64,000 nucleotides of DNA from the human T2T-CHM13v2.0 reference genome, Homo sapiens, in assembly GCF_009914755.1 (NCBI RefSeq), contig NC_060928.1; one strand, written 5' to 3'. This document shows positions 47,436-62,866 of this stretch, in pieces; the first letter of the stretch is position 1; every line of letters begins with the position of its first letter. The notes under the pieces were generated by a model that was not told the origin of the DNA, made no database searches, and worked only from the letters and a program-made list of their open reading frames with translations. A program made the position numbers and the translations under genes.

Positions 47436-48117
47436 CATACACACTATTATTACTATATTCTTCAGAAGACAAAGGGCCATGTTTAGCTTGGGACTTAATT
47501 GAAAGGTTAATTTTCAGGCATTAAAAGAAGAAAATGTGTTCCTTGCCCAGCAAGGGTCGTGGATAGTATTCGGGCAAAGCTCTCCTGAATCCAAGTGTCC
47601 AGGCCCTCTGGGTAACTTGGTCTCTGTCCATGTGGCGAAGCCTCCTGGGTCAGTCATTGCTTCCTTCCCACTTGCCTTCCTCTCACCTCCTGAACAGGTG
47701 AAGAATCCAAACACTGCCATGGCTCCTGTACCTTCTGATTAAACTCTGTTTGCAAACTGGTTTAACAGCTGAAGGTATCTCGCTCATTTAAAGGCATGCT
47801 CACAGGTATGGGTGGTATTTAAGCAGGATATATTGGATTCTTTCAGAAACAAGGGGCCCTGCTGAGCTGCAGCCAAATGCTCATTAATTGTATTTTGTGT
47901 CAAGATCAATTGCTCTGGAAAGGTAAATGTATCTTGAGAGTAGGAGAGTTCTAGCAAATCTTACTAAGAGTATCAGAGTTCATGTCTCAGTGAAATGCTT
48001 TGAATGTGTCAAGTTTAAAAACAGGAGCAGTGATTTTAAGATTCCTTTAAGCCCTAAGAAAATTATTTCCTTCCAGTTTTATCAACATAGTGAGATAAAA
48101 TTCTGTTTTTGTTCCAG

Positions 48118-48188
48118 GAAGCCCAAAAGAAAGATACCATTCTTCTAAACTTTTCAGAAAAATTGCATCATGTTCAGAAGACTGCTAG
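48118..48188 (+). CDS. FHDC1: FHDC1 coding exon (EAQKKDTILLNFSEKLHHVQKTA)
   Basis: gttccag| acceptor, AG|gtgagc donor; 71 nt; in frame. Confidence 0.94.
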
Positions 48189-48834
48189 GTGAGCAAGTGA
48201 ATTGTGAGAATTCAAGATTCTTTACCTTTTTATGAAAACTGATAAATAGTTAAAACTTTTAGATTCCAGTTTGAAGTCTAAAAGGTTTTGTTTCATTGAA
48301 CTTTCAGACTGTCCTTCATTTGCTTAACACAGGTGTGTGTGCACCTTTGGAATTTGGGGGTTTTGAAAAATTAATCTTTATTTGTAAACTAAAGAAACTA
48401 TTTCAGTCTATTCTAATGAATATCATCAGTATAAAAAATATGGATTAAGAATTTCAAATCCCTCCACGCCCAAGAGATAGAGCTTAAACAGCACCACCTA
48501 TTTCCTTGGGAGTTGGTATATATCAATCAAACTTTCATGGCCACATTTCACTGTTTCCTTGTAGAATCTAACATGGTACATTTATTTTCCTTTGCATTAA
48601 AAGAGTTTGTAACCGTACCAAGAGCTGTGAAATGATTTTACTTTAAATTAGTCACTCACAGAGAAAGGCACATACAGAGAAAGTATCTGCCAAACATAAG
48701 GCTCTAATTACATCACTCTAATTTGCTTCTGATCCTAATGTAGATATGTATCTTAATGTAGCTAGACTCTGTGTGTATATACTATTTTGACTTTTGTATA
48801 TGTGTTTTAAAATTTATATTACATCCACACATCC

Positions 48835-49013
48835 CACGGTAAATGTTCAATAACCAGCTGTTGGAGAAAAAAGTCCTGATTTGTAGCATTTGCTGATTTC
48901 CGTGTTGTAAATACCGTAACCATGGCTGATGTCAAGCTGCTGACATACATTACTGAATGCAAATTAGGAAGAGACACCCACAGTTGGTTCTCATGAGCAG
49001 GTTCAGCCACCGC
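48835..49013 (-). mobile_element. MER63-like hAT DNA transposon fragment
   Basis: tgatttgtagcatttgctgatttccgtgttgtaaatac...ccatggctgatgtcaagct resembles MER63 as I recall it. Confidence 0.6.
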
Positions 49014-49677
49014 TCATGTGTCAAGCCAGTTCCTAGCATATACTTACTGAGTGTATCCAACTATGACATCTGTGAACCATATGCATATAAATAAATGAAC
49101 CATAGCTCACAGCCCTGCCACTGGCCTGTACCTCAAAAGTTACTGATTCTATGAATATCTAGCCACAGATTACATGTCTTTCCCAAAGTGGGATTATCAG
49201 TTCAGAGGTGTAAACAGTTTATAATTCATGTTTACAGATCTCTAGATTGTTCTCTAAAAAGAATGGACATCTTATAAGATAGGAACTTTTGACTTACTGA
49301 AAGAAATTTGTGTGGGAACATTTTTACTGTAATTAGTATAAAAATATTCCTAAGAGATATATAGATAGAAATTAGCATTATATTTTTGAAATGGCGTTTC
49401 TGGTCAGAGCTGGATTGGAGCTAGATATTGTCTTAGAAAAATCCTATTCAGCAAGCTTGTTTATTTGAAATGGAAGGTGAAATACACTTGGGAAATACAA
49501 ACAGGTCTCAGATATGTGCCGGTGACCAGTGAAGGTGGAAAACTTTATTGCACAAAGAAACATTTGAATTGACAATGGAAGCATGAATGCATCCTAATTT
49601 ATGAATTTCACATGCATTTTAGGTTTCGCCTACTCAGTTTTCTGGGTAACAAAACCATCATTCACATTCTGCCTATC

Positions 49678-50663
<986 letters not shown>

Positions 50664-51192
50664 TTAGCTATGTTTTAGTTCTCTGTAAAATATAGAAAGC
50701 TTGCTCTGGCCACCTGTGGAATCTGCTATTTTCATGGAATCTGCTATTTTCTCACTGTTACCCTTAGTGTTAGAATTATCAACATATATTGCCTTGCTTC
50801 TTGTGGGTTAGAGTTTCCTATTTGTGTTTAGTGGCCCATGGAAAGCATATGAATCCCGGAAGCCGCTGGCATTTAGTTTGTAATGCTTATTGCATAAAGG
50901 TGTTCAGAGCTAGTTTATGAAAACGTTTGCAGATCCCATGGTTTTGTTTATCTTACCATCAAGAGTACAGTTACAACCTGCTCTCTTTGAACCAGTATAT
51001 GTCTTTAGAAACGAATCACTTCTTAAAACAGGAGGAAACACAAAAGATCTAAATACAGGGGTAGATAAATATCATCACAGTAGCTCTCCCCTTCTGTTTC
51101 CAAGGTTGAACAACAGTTAGTCTTATTTAATATACCTACATGACACATGGCTTCCTTGTTCCAACTGCCCACTCTCCCCTTTCTTCTTTTAG

Positions 51193-51310
51193 ATTATCTC
51201 TGGAGAACACGGAGGCAGAACTGCACTTGCTGTTTGTCAGGACAAAATCACTAAAAGAAAACATCCAGCGGGATGGTGAACTTTGTCAGCAGATGGAAGA
51301 TTTTCTTCAG
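51193..51310 (+). CDS. FHDC1: FHDC1 coding exon (LSLENTEAELHLLFVRTKSLKENIQRDGELCQQMEDFLQ)
   Basis: ttcttttag| acceptor, CAG|gtttgt donor; 118 nt; restores phase 0. Confidence 0.94.
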
Positions 51311-51507
51311 GTTTGTAGGTGACTCAAGTCAGTCCCTCTAATCTCATCTCCCAGCAGCACCCCGGGGCTGGTTAAATTTGCATGGGTGTATTTGTGGAAG
51401 CAGCAGTTCCCATTCATATTTTTTTTCTCCAAGTTAGTCAGAGGAACTTGGTATTTCCATGCCCATTCTTTGCAGAGGATGTTAAATGTGATCTAAGCCT
51501 GATATAT

Positions 51508-51843
<336 letters not shown>

Positions 51844-52810
51844 AAGCCTGATGTATTTGTTTAGGGACAGTGCTTCTGCGAGGCTCCTGTTGTTCACTGC
51901 TCAGTTTGCACGATTGCAGTTTACTGTGGTGAACTGGTATCAGCCATGGAGTTGCACTTGGGCTATACCTGGCAACTCAAGTTTTGTTTCTAAACCAGTT
52001 AAACTTTCGGATAACAGAACAAAGTTCCACAGAAATCAAGATGCCTTAGAACTTGGGCTGTCATTTCTTCACTTGTTTATGTTGAAGAAACAAGCTGCGT
52101 TTTGGCATGTTTTATAATGAGAGCAGCAGAACACATGAGAGCTGTGCCCGTCAACACCAGGAGTACACAGGGCCCACAGGGTGTGTCGGGAGCTGCTCCA
52201 AATAACATCAACAAAAAACAGCAGAGTGGACATGTTTGTGACAGCTCACTGTGACTCACTAATCGCATAGTCTGACATACTTCTTTTATCTTCCTTATTA
52301 AAAAAAAAAAAAAGGCACCATCTCATGCTTTTAGTCTTCAGCGAAAGGCTATGCTACCTGAAGTGTTGTTAGTGTTTTGAGACCTGTGAGGTGGAATCAT
52401 GTAGCAGGGCTGCCCTTGGCACTGGGGAGGAACAGTGTGCTCCTGAGGTTGTGCCAGCTGAAGCCTTCGCTTCTTAATTCAGCTCCTTCAAAATATTATG
52501 GCCTTCGGCGGATGCTTGATTTTGTTTGGCTCTGCTGTGAGTTTATTTTTATTATTAAACATGTGCTCTGTATTTTCCTTCAAGTAAAACCAAACTAATT
52601 TTCTTGTTACAAACACCACCACCAATACCACAAAAATACTGAACAGTAAACGAATGCATTAAACAAATCCGGAAAATCAAGAATAAGGACCATTGCACAT
52701 CAAGATTAAAATTCTGGATGTTTCATTCCTCCAAGTTCTCATATTAACTATTACCATCTCAGTCAATATTCACACAGAGAAGCTTAGGATGAAGAACAGC
52801 TCTGACTTAG

Positions 52811-53173
<363 letters not shown>

Positions 53174-54299
53174 CAGTCATTTTTATCTCTATAAGTAAAA
53201 CGTTTCATACAGCTGCATACTTTTCTTTCTTAAATTCAACTTCCTTTTGAATAGGTGAGATAAAATTTTTCGAGGTAGGTCAGGGTCAGGGCACTCAGGT
53301 CTCTGAACACCAGTCTGAATGCTGGACTCAAACTCTATGCCATAAGAAGTGGGGAACTCTTCAAGGATTCAGAGCAGAAAAATAACAGGAACACATTTTT
53401 GCAGATCTATTTCAGCATTTTCACCCTTGGGGTAAGAAATACTGAGTAAACTTGTTTGAAACTTCAGTGTGTAGCAGGCAAGTTAGAGATGTAAGGTTGA
53501 CTTGGACACTACAGCTGCTAACCTGTTGACATTCTTGCTTTGCCAGTGTAGCTTTGAACTTTTCCATTTCTGGCCCTAATCATGTAGAACTCCTGCCCGG
53601 TAACTTCAAGTGTGGTTACTGTTCAGATCCACATTCAGAATGTTTCATTTTCCCAAGTCCAAAGGGTGACTTCAGTGTGTTTAAGATTTTCCTTCCTGGT
53701 ACTCTGTCAATCCCCACAGGATCTAGAGATGAAACATACGAGGTGGAGCTGAGCTCCCATGTAGATTCTTGTCAAGAGGCCTATTTTTCTGCAGTTGAGC
53801 TGTTCTTGGCTGGAATCCATCTTTCCCCCTGTGGAAGAATGACAGGCAAAGATTTATCCTTTCATTAATACCATTCCTCCATAAAGAAAAATACAGCATG
53901 AATGCACACACTGCCTTGGGCTACTGACTCAGGTGGTTACTTTCTCTGGTATTTGGTTTCCTACATAGTTTTCGTTTCTTACTACCTCTTGAGTGTGTTT
54001 GGTTTAAGAGAAGGGCTTTTAAGGGGGAAAGTGGGTTGGAGTGGGTAATAGGTGGCGTCTTCACAGAATTTCCCTGTAGGTTCTGTAGCTCTCCACACAG
54101 GTTCAAACAGCAGTTCTACCCCTCCAAAGTGGGCAACTTTAGCTTTACCATTTCCCAGCCCATCCCCACTTCACTCAAAAAATGTTTTCAAATATAACCT
54201 TTTTTAAAAACATGATACATGTGATTTCATAAAGTAACATACTTCATTCATTCCTTCTTCATATAACCATTATTTCCCAGTAAACAAGGAAGCAACATA

Positions 54300-54563
54300 G
54301 GCTAGGCTCAGTGGCTTACCCCTGTAATCCCAGCACTTAGGGAGGCTGAGGTGGGAGGATGGCGTGAGGCCTTCCTGGGAAACATAGGGAAACCCTGTCT
54401 CTACAAAATATTTAAATATTAACTGGGTGTAGTGGTGCATAGCTATAGTCCCTGCTACTCAGGAGGCCGAGGTGGGAGGATTGCTTGAGCCCAGGAGGTC
54501 AAGGGTGCAGTGAGCCATGATCACACCATTGTACTCCAGCCTGGGTAATGGAGTGAGACCCTG
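54300..54563 (+). mobile_element. Alu (AluJ-like, internal deletion, tail lost)
   Basis: Alu left and right arm blocks. Confidence 0.85.
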
Positions 54564-55588
54564 CAGGTCTCAACATAAGACTTCAGTGTGATTCCAAATG
54601 TTCATTCTCATGGGCTGTGGCTGCTGTGGAGCCCTTTTTCTCCGCACCATACTGCTTCCTCATGCAGCTCCCCATGTTGTCACTGAACTGCCATCGGGGA
54701 AGTGTGTGTGACCCTTGGACATGGCAGATTCCATGCTGAAGGCCTTGGAAATCATTGGAGGAAAACAAGCTTCCTTTCTTCCCATCTCTGTGTTGAGGCA
54801 GTACCAGAATGCACAGGGGCCTCAGAGACTTATTTGTCCTAGAAGAATTAGGAGAAAATGAAGAAGCAAAGAGGGTGGTTTTGTAAAGGACAGTAATGCC
54901 TAGCCATTGGGACCCATCAGAATCTCCTGGGGTGGTGCTTTCAGAAAATATTAGTGTTGGGTCCACCCCAAACCTGTGAAATCGAACGGGAGGAATACAG
55001 GCATGGCCTGTTGCCAAGCTTCCCAGCTGACTTGGATCAGCACCCCGGGTTTAGGCACGAGGGTTTTGGTCCTGTGGGGGTGACCCTGACCCTCACAGAG
55101 CTCATTTGGGATTAAGCTTAGACACCCTCTCAGTGGGGCAAAATTGATAATGCATCGGTAGAGCGAGTAGCTTCAGGGACCCTAAAGTAAACTCTTGACC
55201 AGTGTAAGACTCAATTTTAAGAGGAAGAAGAACAGATGCAAAATGGATCTTCCTTGGTAAAAACCAGTTGTATACCTGTGTAATTTTTTTCAGTGACATT
55301 AAAAGTGAACATTTTGTTAGTGACATTCTGCAGGTTAAAGTTCTTAAATCTATCTTGTTGCTTAGTCTAGGTCTCACACGGGACTTCACCTTGCTTTCCC
55401 CGAGGTTTGTTCTGGGTTGAATTATTTTCCTTTTGGCTCTGATTGCATTGGCCTTGCAATAAACCTTCCTTTTCCAAGACCTGAAATGAAACCCCAGAGC
55501 ACGTCTTCTCTGGGCACCGGATGCAGTGCCCAGCGCCGCCTCAGCTGACAACGTTTACCTCAGTGTGTGTTCGTTTGTTTTTCCGCAG

Positions 55589-55753
55589 TTTGCCATAGAA
55601 AAGCTGAGGGAACTGGAATGCTGGAAACAAGAGCTCCAGGATGAGGCCTACACCCTTATAGATTTTTTCTGTGAAGACAAAAAAACCATGAAACTGGATG
55701 AATGCTTTCAGATATTTAGAGATTTCTGTACCAAATTCAACAAAGCAGTTAAG
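55589..55753 (+). CDS. FHDC1: FHDC1 coding exon (end of FH2: FAIEKLRELE...DFFCED...FRDFCTKFNKAVK)
   Basis: ttttccgcag| acceptor, AAG|gtacat donor; 165 nt; FH2 C-terminal pattern. Confidence 0.95.
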
Positions 55754-57886
55754 GTACATCTGGCAGCATCTGTGTCTTGGGGTTGTTTGGATTTTTATTT
55801 TCCTTCTTCTCGACCTAGTCATCTGCTCACCACAGAAAGGCACTTTGCATCTCCACGGTTTCGGGGACATCTGGCCCAGGTGGTATTGCCAGGCTCTCGG
55901 CTGGGATTGCTGGAAAGTGGCTCTGCCATCCCAGCCCCGAGGGCTTGCATAGCATCAGGGGGAGGCATTTGACTGCCTCTGCTACTTTGGTGCACAGGCT
56001 CCCTGACACTCACATTAATGCCTTGAGAGCATTTTGTTAGTAAAGTTCCTCCATGATGGCTGTCATACCATTTAAAAGTCTCTTGAAGATCCTGAATGTC
56101 TTTCTCTCCCGCTCCCAGAAGAGAACGTCCTCTTCCAGGGAGACTTCTGTTGTGGTGGGATGATGGAACGGCCCTCCCTTTCCCTTCTTCCAAGCTCTGC
56201 TGCCGTCACTGTGGGATTGGCACCAGGGCAACCATGTGGTCCTCCCCAGAGCGGTCTTTCAGATTCCCAAATAACCACAAAGCCTGCTGCCATACTGAGC
56301 AAAACAGCTACCTTTCTTGCCCTTCAACCACCAATTCCAGTCATCTCTGGGTTTAATGTAGAAGCCAGAAAACTCTCTGGGTTGCTTGGCTTTCAAGTAA
56401 AACTTTAATTCATCAATTGAAAGCAAACCGGCCACTCACATCCCTTCATTTCGGGTGGTGTTGAGGAAGCAAAGCTCGTGAGTCATCTCTCCCCCTCCAG
56501 TTGGAATGCAGCTTAGTCCATAGCTGAATTTCTTTGAGGGATTGGTCAGATTTCTCTCAAGCCCAGAATTGCTTTGTGTTCTCGACCCCTCCTTTCTCTA
56601 TCCAGTTAAGAGAAGGAGGCTCAGCCTGTGGCCACGTTTGCACTCCTCTGGCCAAGAAGTGAGCTCAGCTGTGGGAGGCAGTGGTGGGTGTCAAGGCCAA
56701 GTTGGCTCTTAATGAGGCCCTCACTCCCAGGAATTCCATAGGCCTGTGAGGCCACCTGTGTGATGCTCTCAGCCCCACTGTCCAAAGAGCCAGGCACCGG
56801 CCCCACCACCACCACAGGCAATCTTTAAAGAAGGCCCGAGAGACTTGGGGACGAGGTGGGAGGCTGAGGCCAGAGCTGCAGGCGGAGCCAAGAGTCCCCG
56901 GCTAGAGCCCCACAGAAACTTGGAAGGGAAAGGCCATCATTGGAGGAAATTGATTGTCAAGTAAAACTGCTAACAATAACACATTTGGGCTGTGAGATCC
57001 ACATATTTCCATGACACAAATCTATTTAAAGTGCATGGCCAGGTGGTAGAGTGTGCTTTGGTATGTGAGCTTGCTCTGGTGCAGTTTCGATGGGAAGGGC
57101 TGGGTTCTCTGGAGCAGGGTGAAGGTTGAAAGATTTGTAAAGCACACCTCCTCCTCTTCCTCTTCTCTGATTGTGGGAACAGGCTAGGACGTGAGAGGCA
57201 GAGCCATGTGCTGCAGGCTGCAGCTGGCAGAGCCACCATGCCACGTGTGGTGTTGCTTTACCAAGGAGCAGTCAGGGAACAGAGCTGAACAGAGCATCTC
57301 TTAATATTGTGGCTATACATTAATACATCCAAATCACTGTTAAGTAGAATGTGCTACACATGAATGTGTGTAGGACAGATCCATGCTGCACAGAAGTACA
57401 ATTTGAGGCTCGCTCTTTAAATACCCACAGTATTTTTCTCAGCTATTGCCTATATAGCCCTTTCCTGGAAGTCCTCTGTGTCTTATACTGCTCAGAAACA
57501 GAGTTGGCTTTCCTTGGAGTTGAGGTCGCATGCTTATGTGGAATGGCAGCCTCCACTGAGCAGTGCCTTGGCTGGAAAGCTGGAAGTTGGGCCCAAGGAT
57601 CGGACAAAAACTGTAGACAGATTGTTGGGCCAGGTCTACAGCACTCACCCCTTCTGCTCAGATCCCTAGTAGCTTTGAAGAGCCTCACCCTCCCTCTACA
57701 CACACACACATGCGTACACACACACACATGCATGTGCACACACACAGCCTCTTTCTCAGTGTAAGACATGACCCTGAGCTCCCCTCCATGCCTGTATCTT
57801 TCTTTGGCTCTTAGCGTAGGTGGCTCTGGAACTGCACATTGGTCCCACATGTCTCATGCATCTTCGGGCTTCTCTCCATCCCTCAG

Positions 57887-59935
57887 GACAACCACGACCG
57901 GGAGGCGCAGGAGCTGAGGCAGCTGCAGAGGCTGAAGGAGCAGGAGCAGAAGCAGCGCTCCTGGGCAACTGGGGAGCTGGGGGCATTTGGCCGGAGCAGC
58001 AGTGAGAATGATGTGGAGCTGCTGACCAAGAAGGGTGCAGAGGGCCTGCTCCCTTTCCTGCACCCCAGGCCCATCAGCCCCTCCAGCCCCTCCTACCGGC
58101 CCCCGAACACCCGCCGCTCCCGCCTCTCCCTGGGTCCCTCTGCTGACCGGGAGCTGCTGACCTTCTTGGAGAGCTCCACCGGCAGCCCTGAGGAGCCCAA
58201 TAAGTTCCACAGCCTGCCCCGGAGCAGCCCCCGGCAGGCCCGGCCCACGATAGCCTGCCTGGAGCCTGCAGAAGTGAGGCACCAGGACTCCAGCTTTGCA
58301 CACAAACCTCAGGCCTCGGGGGGCCAGGAGGAGGCCCCCAACCCACCCTCAGCACAGGCGCACCAGCTTGCAGCCGCCCAGCCTGAGAACCATGCCTCTG
58401 CCTTCCCCAGAGCTCGGCGCCAGGGCGTCAGTGTCCTCCGAAAGAGGTACAGTGAGCCGGTGAGCCTGGGCTCAGCACAGTCCCCTCCTCTCTCGCCATT
58501 GGCTCTGGGAATTAAGGAGCATGAGCTGGTGACAGGGCTGGCCCAGTTCAACCTCCAGGGTTCCCAGGGCATGGAGGAGACCTCCCAGCTGACTCTGAGT
58601 GACTTCAGCCCGATGGAGCTAGAGTCTGTGGGGCATAGGGGCCCGCAGTCCCTCAGTGCCAGCAGCAGCAGCCTGACACCCATGGGCAGAGATGCCCTGG
58701 GGAGTCTCAGCCCAGCGCTGGAGGATGGCAAGGCTGCCCCCGATGAGCCTGGAAGTGCAGCTTTGGGATCTGTGGGTAGCAGCGACCCTGAGAACAAAGA
58801 TCCTAGACCTCTGTTCTGCATCTCCGACACCACCGACTGCTCACTGACCCTGGACTGCTCAGAGGGAACCGACTCCAGACCCAGAGGCGGGGACCCGGAG
58901 GAAGGCGGGGAAGGGGATGGCTCCATGTCCTCTGGGGTTGGAGAAATGGGGGACAGCCAAGTCTCCTCCAACCCTACATCCAGCCCCCCTGGGGAGGCTC
59001 CTGCCCCCGTCTCTGTGGATAGTGAGCCCAGCTGCAAGGGCGGCCTGCCCAGGGACAAACCCACCAAAAGGAAAGATGTTGTAGCACCAAAGAGAGGCTC
59101 CCTGAAAGAGGCGTCTCCCGGGGCCTCCAAGCCCGGGAGCGCCCGGCGGAGCCAGGGGGCAGTGGCCAAGTCTGTGCGGACCCTGACCGCCTCAGAGAAC
59201 GAGAGCATGCGCAAGGTCATGCCCATCACCAAGTCCAGCAGAGGCGCCGGCTGGAGGCGACCAGAGCTGTCATCCCGGGGGCCCTCCCAGAATCCCCCCA
59301 GCAGCACAGATACTGTGTGGTCACGCCAGAACTCCGTGCGGAGGGCCTCCACAGGCGCCGAAGAGCAGAGGCTGCCGCGGGGGAGCAGCGGCTCCAGCAG
59401 CACCCGTCCGGGGAGGGACGTTCCCCTGCAGCCCAGGGGTTCTTTCAAGAAGCCCAGTGCCAAACCACTCAGGAACCTCCCCAGACAGAAGCCTGAGGAA
59501 AATAAGACCTGCCGCGCCCACTCCGAGGGCCCTGAGAGTCCCAAAGAAGAGCCCAAGACCCCGTCAGTGCCCAGCGTCCCCCACGAACTACCCCGTGTCC
59601 CGAGCTTTGCCCGGAACACAGTGGCCTCCTCCTCTCGAAGCATGAGAACAGATCTTCCTCCCGTGGCCAAAGCCCCCGGCATCACTCGGACAGTGTCGCA
59701 GCGGCAGCTGAGGGTGAAAGGGGACCCCGAGGATGCCGCTCCCAAGGACAGCAGCACTTTGAGGCGAGCCAGCAGTGCCCGGGCCCCCAAGAAGCGCCCA
59801 GAGTCTGCGGAGGGTCCCAGTGCCAACACGGAGGCCCCTCTGAAGGCCAGAGGGGCTGGGGAAAGGGCCTCCCTCCGTCGGAAGGACTCCAGTCGGACCA
59901 CGCTGGGGAGAATCCTCAATCCCTTACGGAAGTGA
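57887..59935 (+). CDS. FHDC1: FHDC1 last coding exon: long S/P/R-rich C-terminal tail (contains the microtubule-binding region of INF1)
   Basis: ctccatccctcag| acceptor, 2049 nt to TGA. Sum of all coding exons is 3432 nt = 1143 aa + stop, matching the FHDC1 length I recall. Confidence 0.96.
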   Translation, partial: DNHDREAQELRQLQRLKEQEQKQRSWATGELGAFGRSSSENDVELLTKKGAEGLLPFLHPRPISPSSPSYRPPNTRRSRLSLGPSADRELLTFLESSTGSPEEPNKFHSLPRSSPRQARPTIACLEPAEVRHQDSSFAHKPQASGGQEEAPNPPSAQAHQLAAAQPENHASAFPRARRQGVSVLRKRYSEPVSLGSAQSPPLSPLALGIKEHELVTGLAQFNLQGSQGMEETSQLTLSDFSPMELESVGHRGPQSLSASSSSLTPMGRDALGSLSPALEDGKAAPDEPGSAALGSVGSSDPENKDPRPLFCISDTTDCSLTLDCSEGTDSRPRGGDPEEGGEGDGSMSSGVGEMGDSQVSSNPTSSPPGEAPAPVSVDSEPSCKGGLPRDKPTKRKDVVAPKRGSLKEASPGASKPGSARRSQGAVAKSVRTLTASENESMRKVMPITKSSRGAGWRRPELSSRGPSQNPPSSTDTVWSRQNSVRRASTGAEEQRLPRGSSGSSSTRPGRDVPLQPRGSFKKPSAKPLRNLPRQKPEENKTCRAHSEGPESPKEEPKTPSVPSVPHELPRVPSFARNTVASSSRSMRTDLPPVAKAPGITRTVSQRQLRVKGDPEDAAPKDSSTLRRASSARAPKKRPESAEGPSANTEAPLKARGAGERASLRRKDSSRTTLGRILNPLRK

Positions 59936-60322
59936 TGGGTGCCTGTCCTCTCCTGCCTCCTGGGATTCAGACGGTGAAGACTGACTTCTGGGACGAGGAT
60001 GGGGAAAGAGGCAGCATGTCTTTGTTACAGATAAAGCAGCCACTGGTGCCACTGCTAGTGACGCTGTTGGGATGGCACAGTCCAGGAGGCCTGTGGACTG
60101 CAGCCTGCTGTGCTGAGCCCTGCTGCAGTCCAGCGTCCAGATGGATGCACGTTCACTACTGTGACGGCCGCACCTCCCCCATGCACCCCACCCTCCCCCA
60201 AAGCCCGGATCCCGAGAAAGATTTAGTAGGAGTGTAAGGTGACATTCTTATGAAACAAGTCAAAAAAGTTTTTTTCAGGCCAGTTTTTATATATCAAAGA
60301 CTTTCTTTTTAATATAAAAATT

Positions 60323-60599
60323 AGCTAGGTGCAGTGGTTCATGCCTGTAATCCAGCACTTTGGGAGGCTAAGATGAGTGGATTGCTTGAGCCTGGGAGTT
60401 CGAGACCAGCCTAGGCAACATGGAGAAACCCCGTCTCTATCAGAAATACAAAATTTAGCCGAGTGTGGTGGCACATGCCTGTGGCCCCAGCCACTCTGAA
60501 CTCTGAGATGGGAAGGTCACTTGAGCCCAGGACCCCACCACTGCACTCCAGCCTGGATGACAGAGTGAGACCTTGTCTCAAACAAAACAAAACAAAAAT
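60323..60599 (+). mobile_element. Alu (AluJ-like) in FHDC1 3' UTR, sense
   Basis: Alu dimer with an (AAAAC)n tail. Confidence 0.9.
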
Positions 60600-60634
60600 G
60601 AAATGTTCTAGTTTTGGTTCCTTTTGCAGAGTGA

Positions 60635-61136
<502 letters not shown>

Positions 61137-62802
61137 TGACTCTGGGTGTGAGTCTGTCTAGGAACAGGAGGGAAAGTTGGACTCAGACAGAAATCAGATG
61201 CTTCCATGTATTCAGGGCGCGCATTGTGAGCAGTGGAGTATGAGCCTTGAGGGCCTCATGGTTGCAGGGCAGGCTTCCCTGCAGATGGGTGGCAGCCCCT
61301 GGTAGAATGCTGGATTTCTCTGGAATCTAGAAGTGCCATATTTTAGTGGAAAGGCATCAGGGCTGTTTGACAGTGTGCGTCTTTCCAATCCCATGTTCCT
61401 CCATTCGTGTGTCTGTTATAAAACTGAGTGAAGGCTGCTATGACCTGTGTTCACTCTGGTTACAGGGAGGTGCAAACCATTCTGTCTCCCAGCCTTTCTT
61501 CTCTCTTTGTGTGCTCCCAGCACTTCCTTCTTTTCTAACATGGCCTGGAGAGAGTCTCTCTCTCCTTGTCTCTGTCTCTTAATAATAGTTTTTAACGTGG
61601 ACATCTCTTCCTTGGTACAGTGGTTTTTAAATCCTGAGAAGAACCAAGTCAGGTTTTTTAAAGCAGACTAAAAGCATGAAATTGCTTTCAGAAGAATGTA
61701 TATCATCGGGAAAAGTTTGGGGGCAGAGTGGGGGAATCAGGCTTTATTCAAAAGAAACAGTTGAAAACATGGACTTTTTCTACCCAATGCCCATTTCACG
61801 ACTCCTCTGAGACTAATTGGGAAACGGGGAAATTCTTGGAATTTTTTTTTTAAGAAACTTTTTTGTGTTTTTTTTAATTTTAGGTCACTTATTAGTGAAA
61901 CCTCATTTTAGATCTGACATTGGTAGATAGATGGATTTAGGCAAATATGATGCGTTTGTGGGGAATCCACGTGGTTGACGTTAGAACCTCCCTTCTGCAG
62001 ACTGTTGCCTGTCATCTAAGCGAATTGGAAATGCTGAGCTTCCATAAGTCAGCTGAGTTTTAAAGGTAAACGTTATGGCTGAAGTAGTAAAGCACCTGAC
62101 CACAAAACCTCTTGTAAAAACAGCCCTGAGTAGGTATTTCCAGGGCTCCACAAAGTTGCTTATGGGAATCCTGAGCTGCTTTTCACCATCTCAAGAAGCC
62201 TAAGAAGTTATATATTTAATCAGGTAGACAAAACAGTTCAAAGCATAAGGTCCATGGTGGTGGAAAATGGATGCAAGTGATTCTAAGTTTGTGGATTTGT
62301 GGATAGCAGAGGGATCGGGACCTCTTGGAGGAACCCTGGGTACCAAGCTCCCAGGCCCTTCCTCTATCATGGATGCTGGGTGACTTTGGGAAGTCACCAC
62401 CTCTTCCCAAGCCTGTTTCCCATATCACAGATGTGGGGCCATGGCCTCGATGATGGTCTCCACAGGTCTTTCCACCTCTGTGAGTCCAAGTCAGGTCAAT
62501 CAGCAAGGACCCATCTCTGCCCTGGGTCAGCTCCTCAGAACCAACCCCCAGCATCTCTAAAGCAAAAGCCTCACCTCAAGGGCTGCTCAGAAGAGAGCAC
62601 CTTCAGCATGAGTTGTTGCTGGAAGATCTAATAAGCTGTGTTTCCTGGGAAGTGGTGCTTTACTTAGCCCTGTGGACAACTTCTCTATGCATCTGTGTGA
62701 GCAGATGATCATTGTATTACCTTTTATCGGTAGTAAGCTTGGAAAAATAATTTAAGAATACAATGGAGAAATGTAAATAAGTATCTATGTAAATTTGTTT
62801 AA

Positions 62803-62866
62803 AATAAACTGAATGTATTTAATGGTCCATTTATATGTTCTTTTATGTAACATGTAGTTTAATAAA
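62803..62866 (+). terminator. Polyadenylation signals AATAAA (62803-62808 and 62861-62866)
   Basis: Two canonical hexamers, clustered upstream TGTA (CFIm-type) elements, downstream GT-rich tract. Confidence 0.8.

Noticed and set aside
58309-59919. 536-aa antisense ORF opposite the last FHDC1 exon
   Set aside because: It starts at TTG. In this frame a stop needs a sense Tyr codon preceded by a pyrimidine, or His/Gln preceded by T, and the sense region has almost no Tyr and high GC3. It is best explained as a shadow of the real CDS
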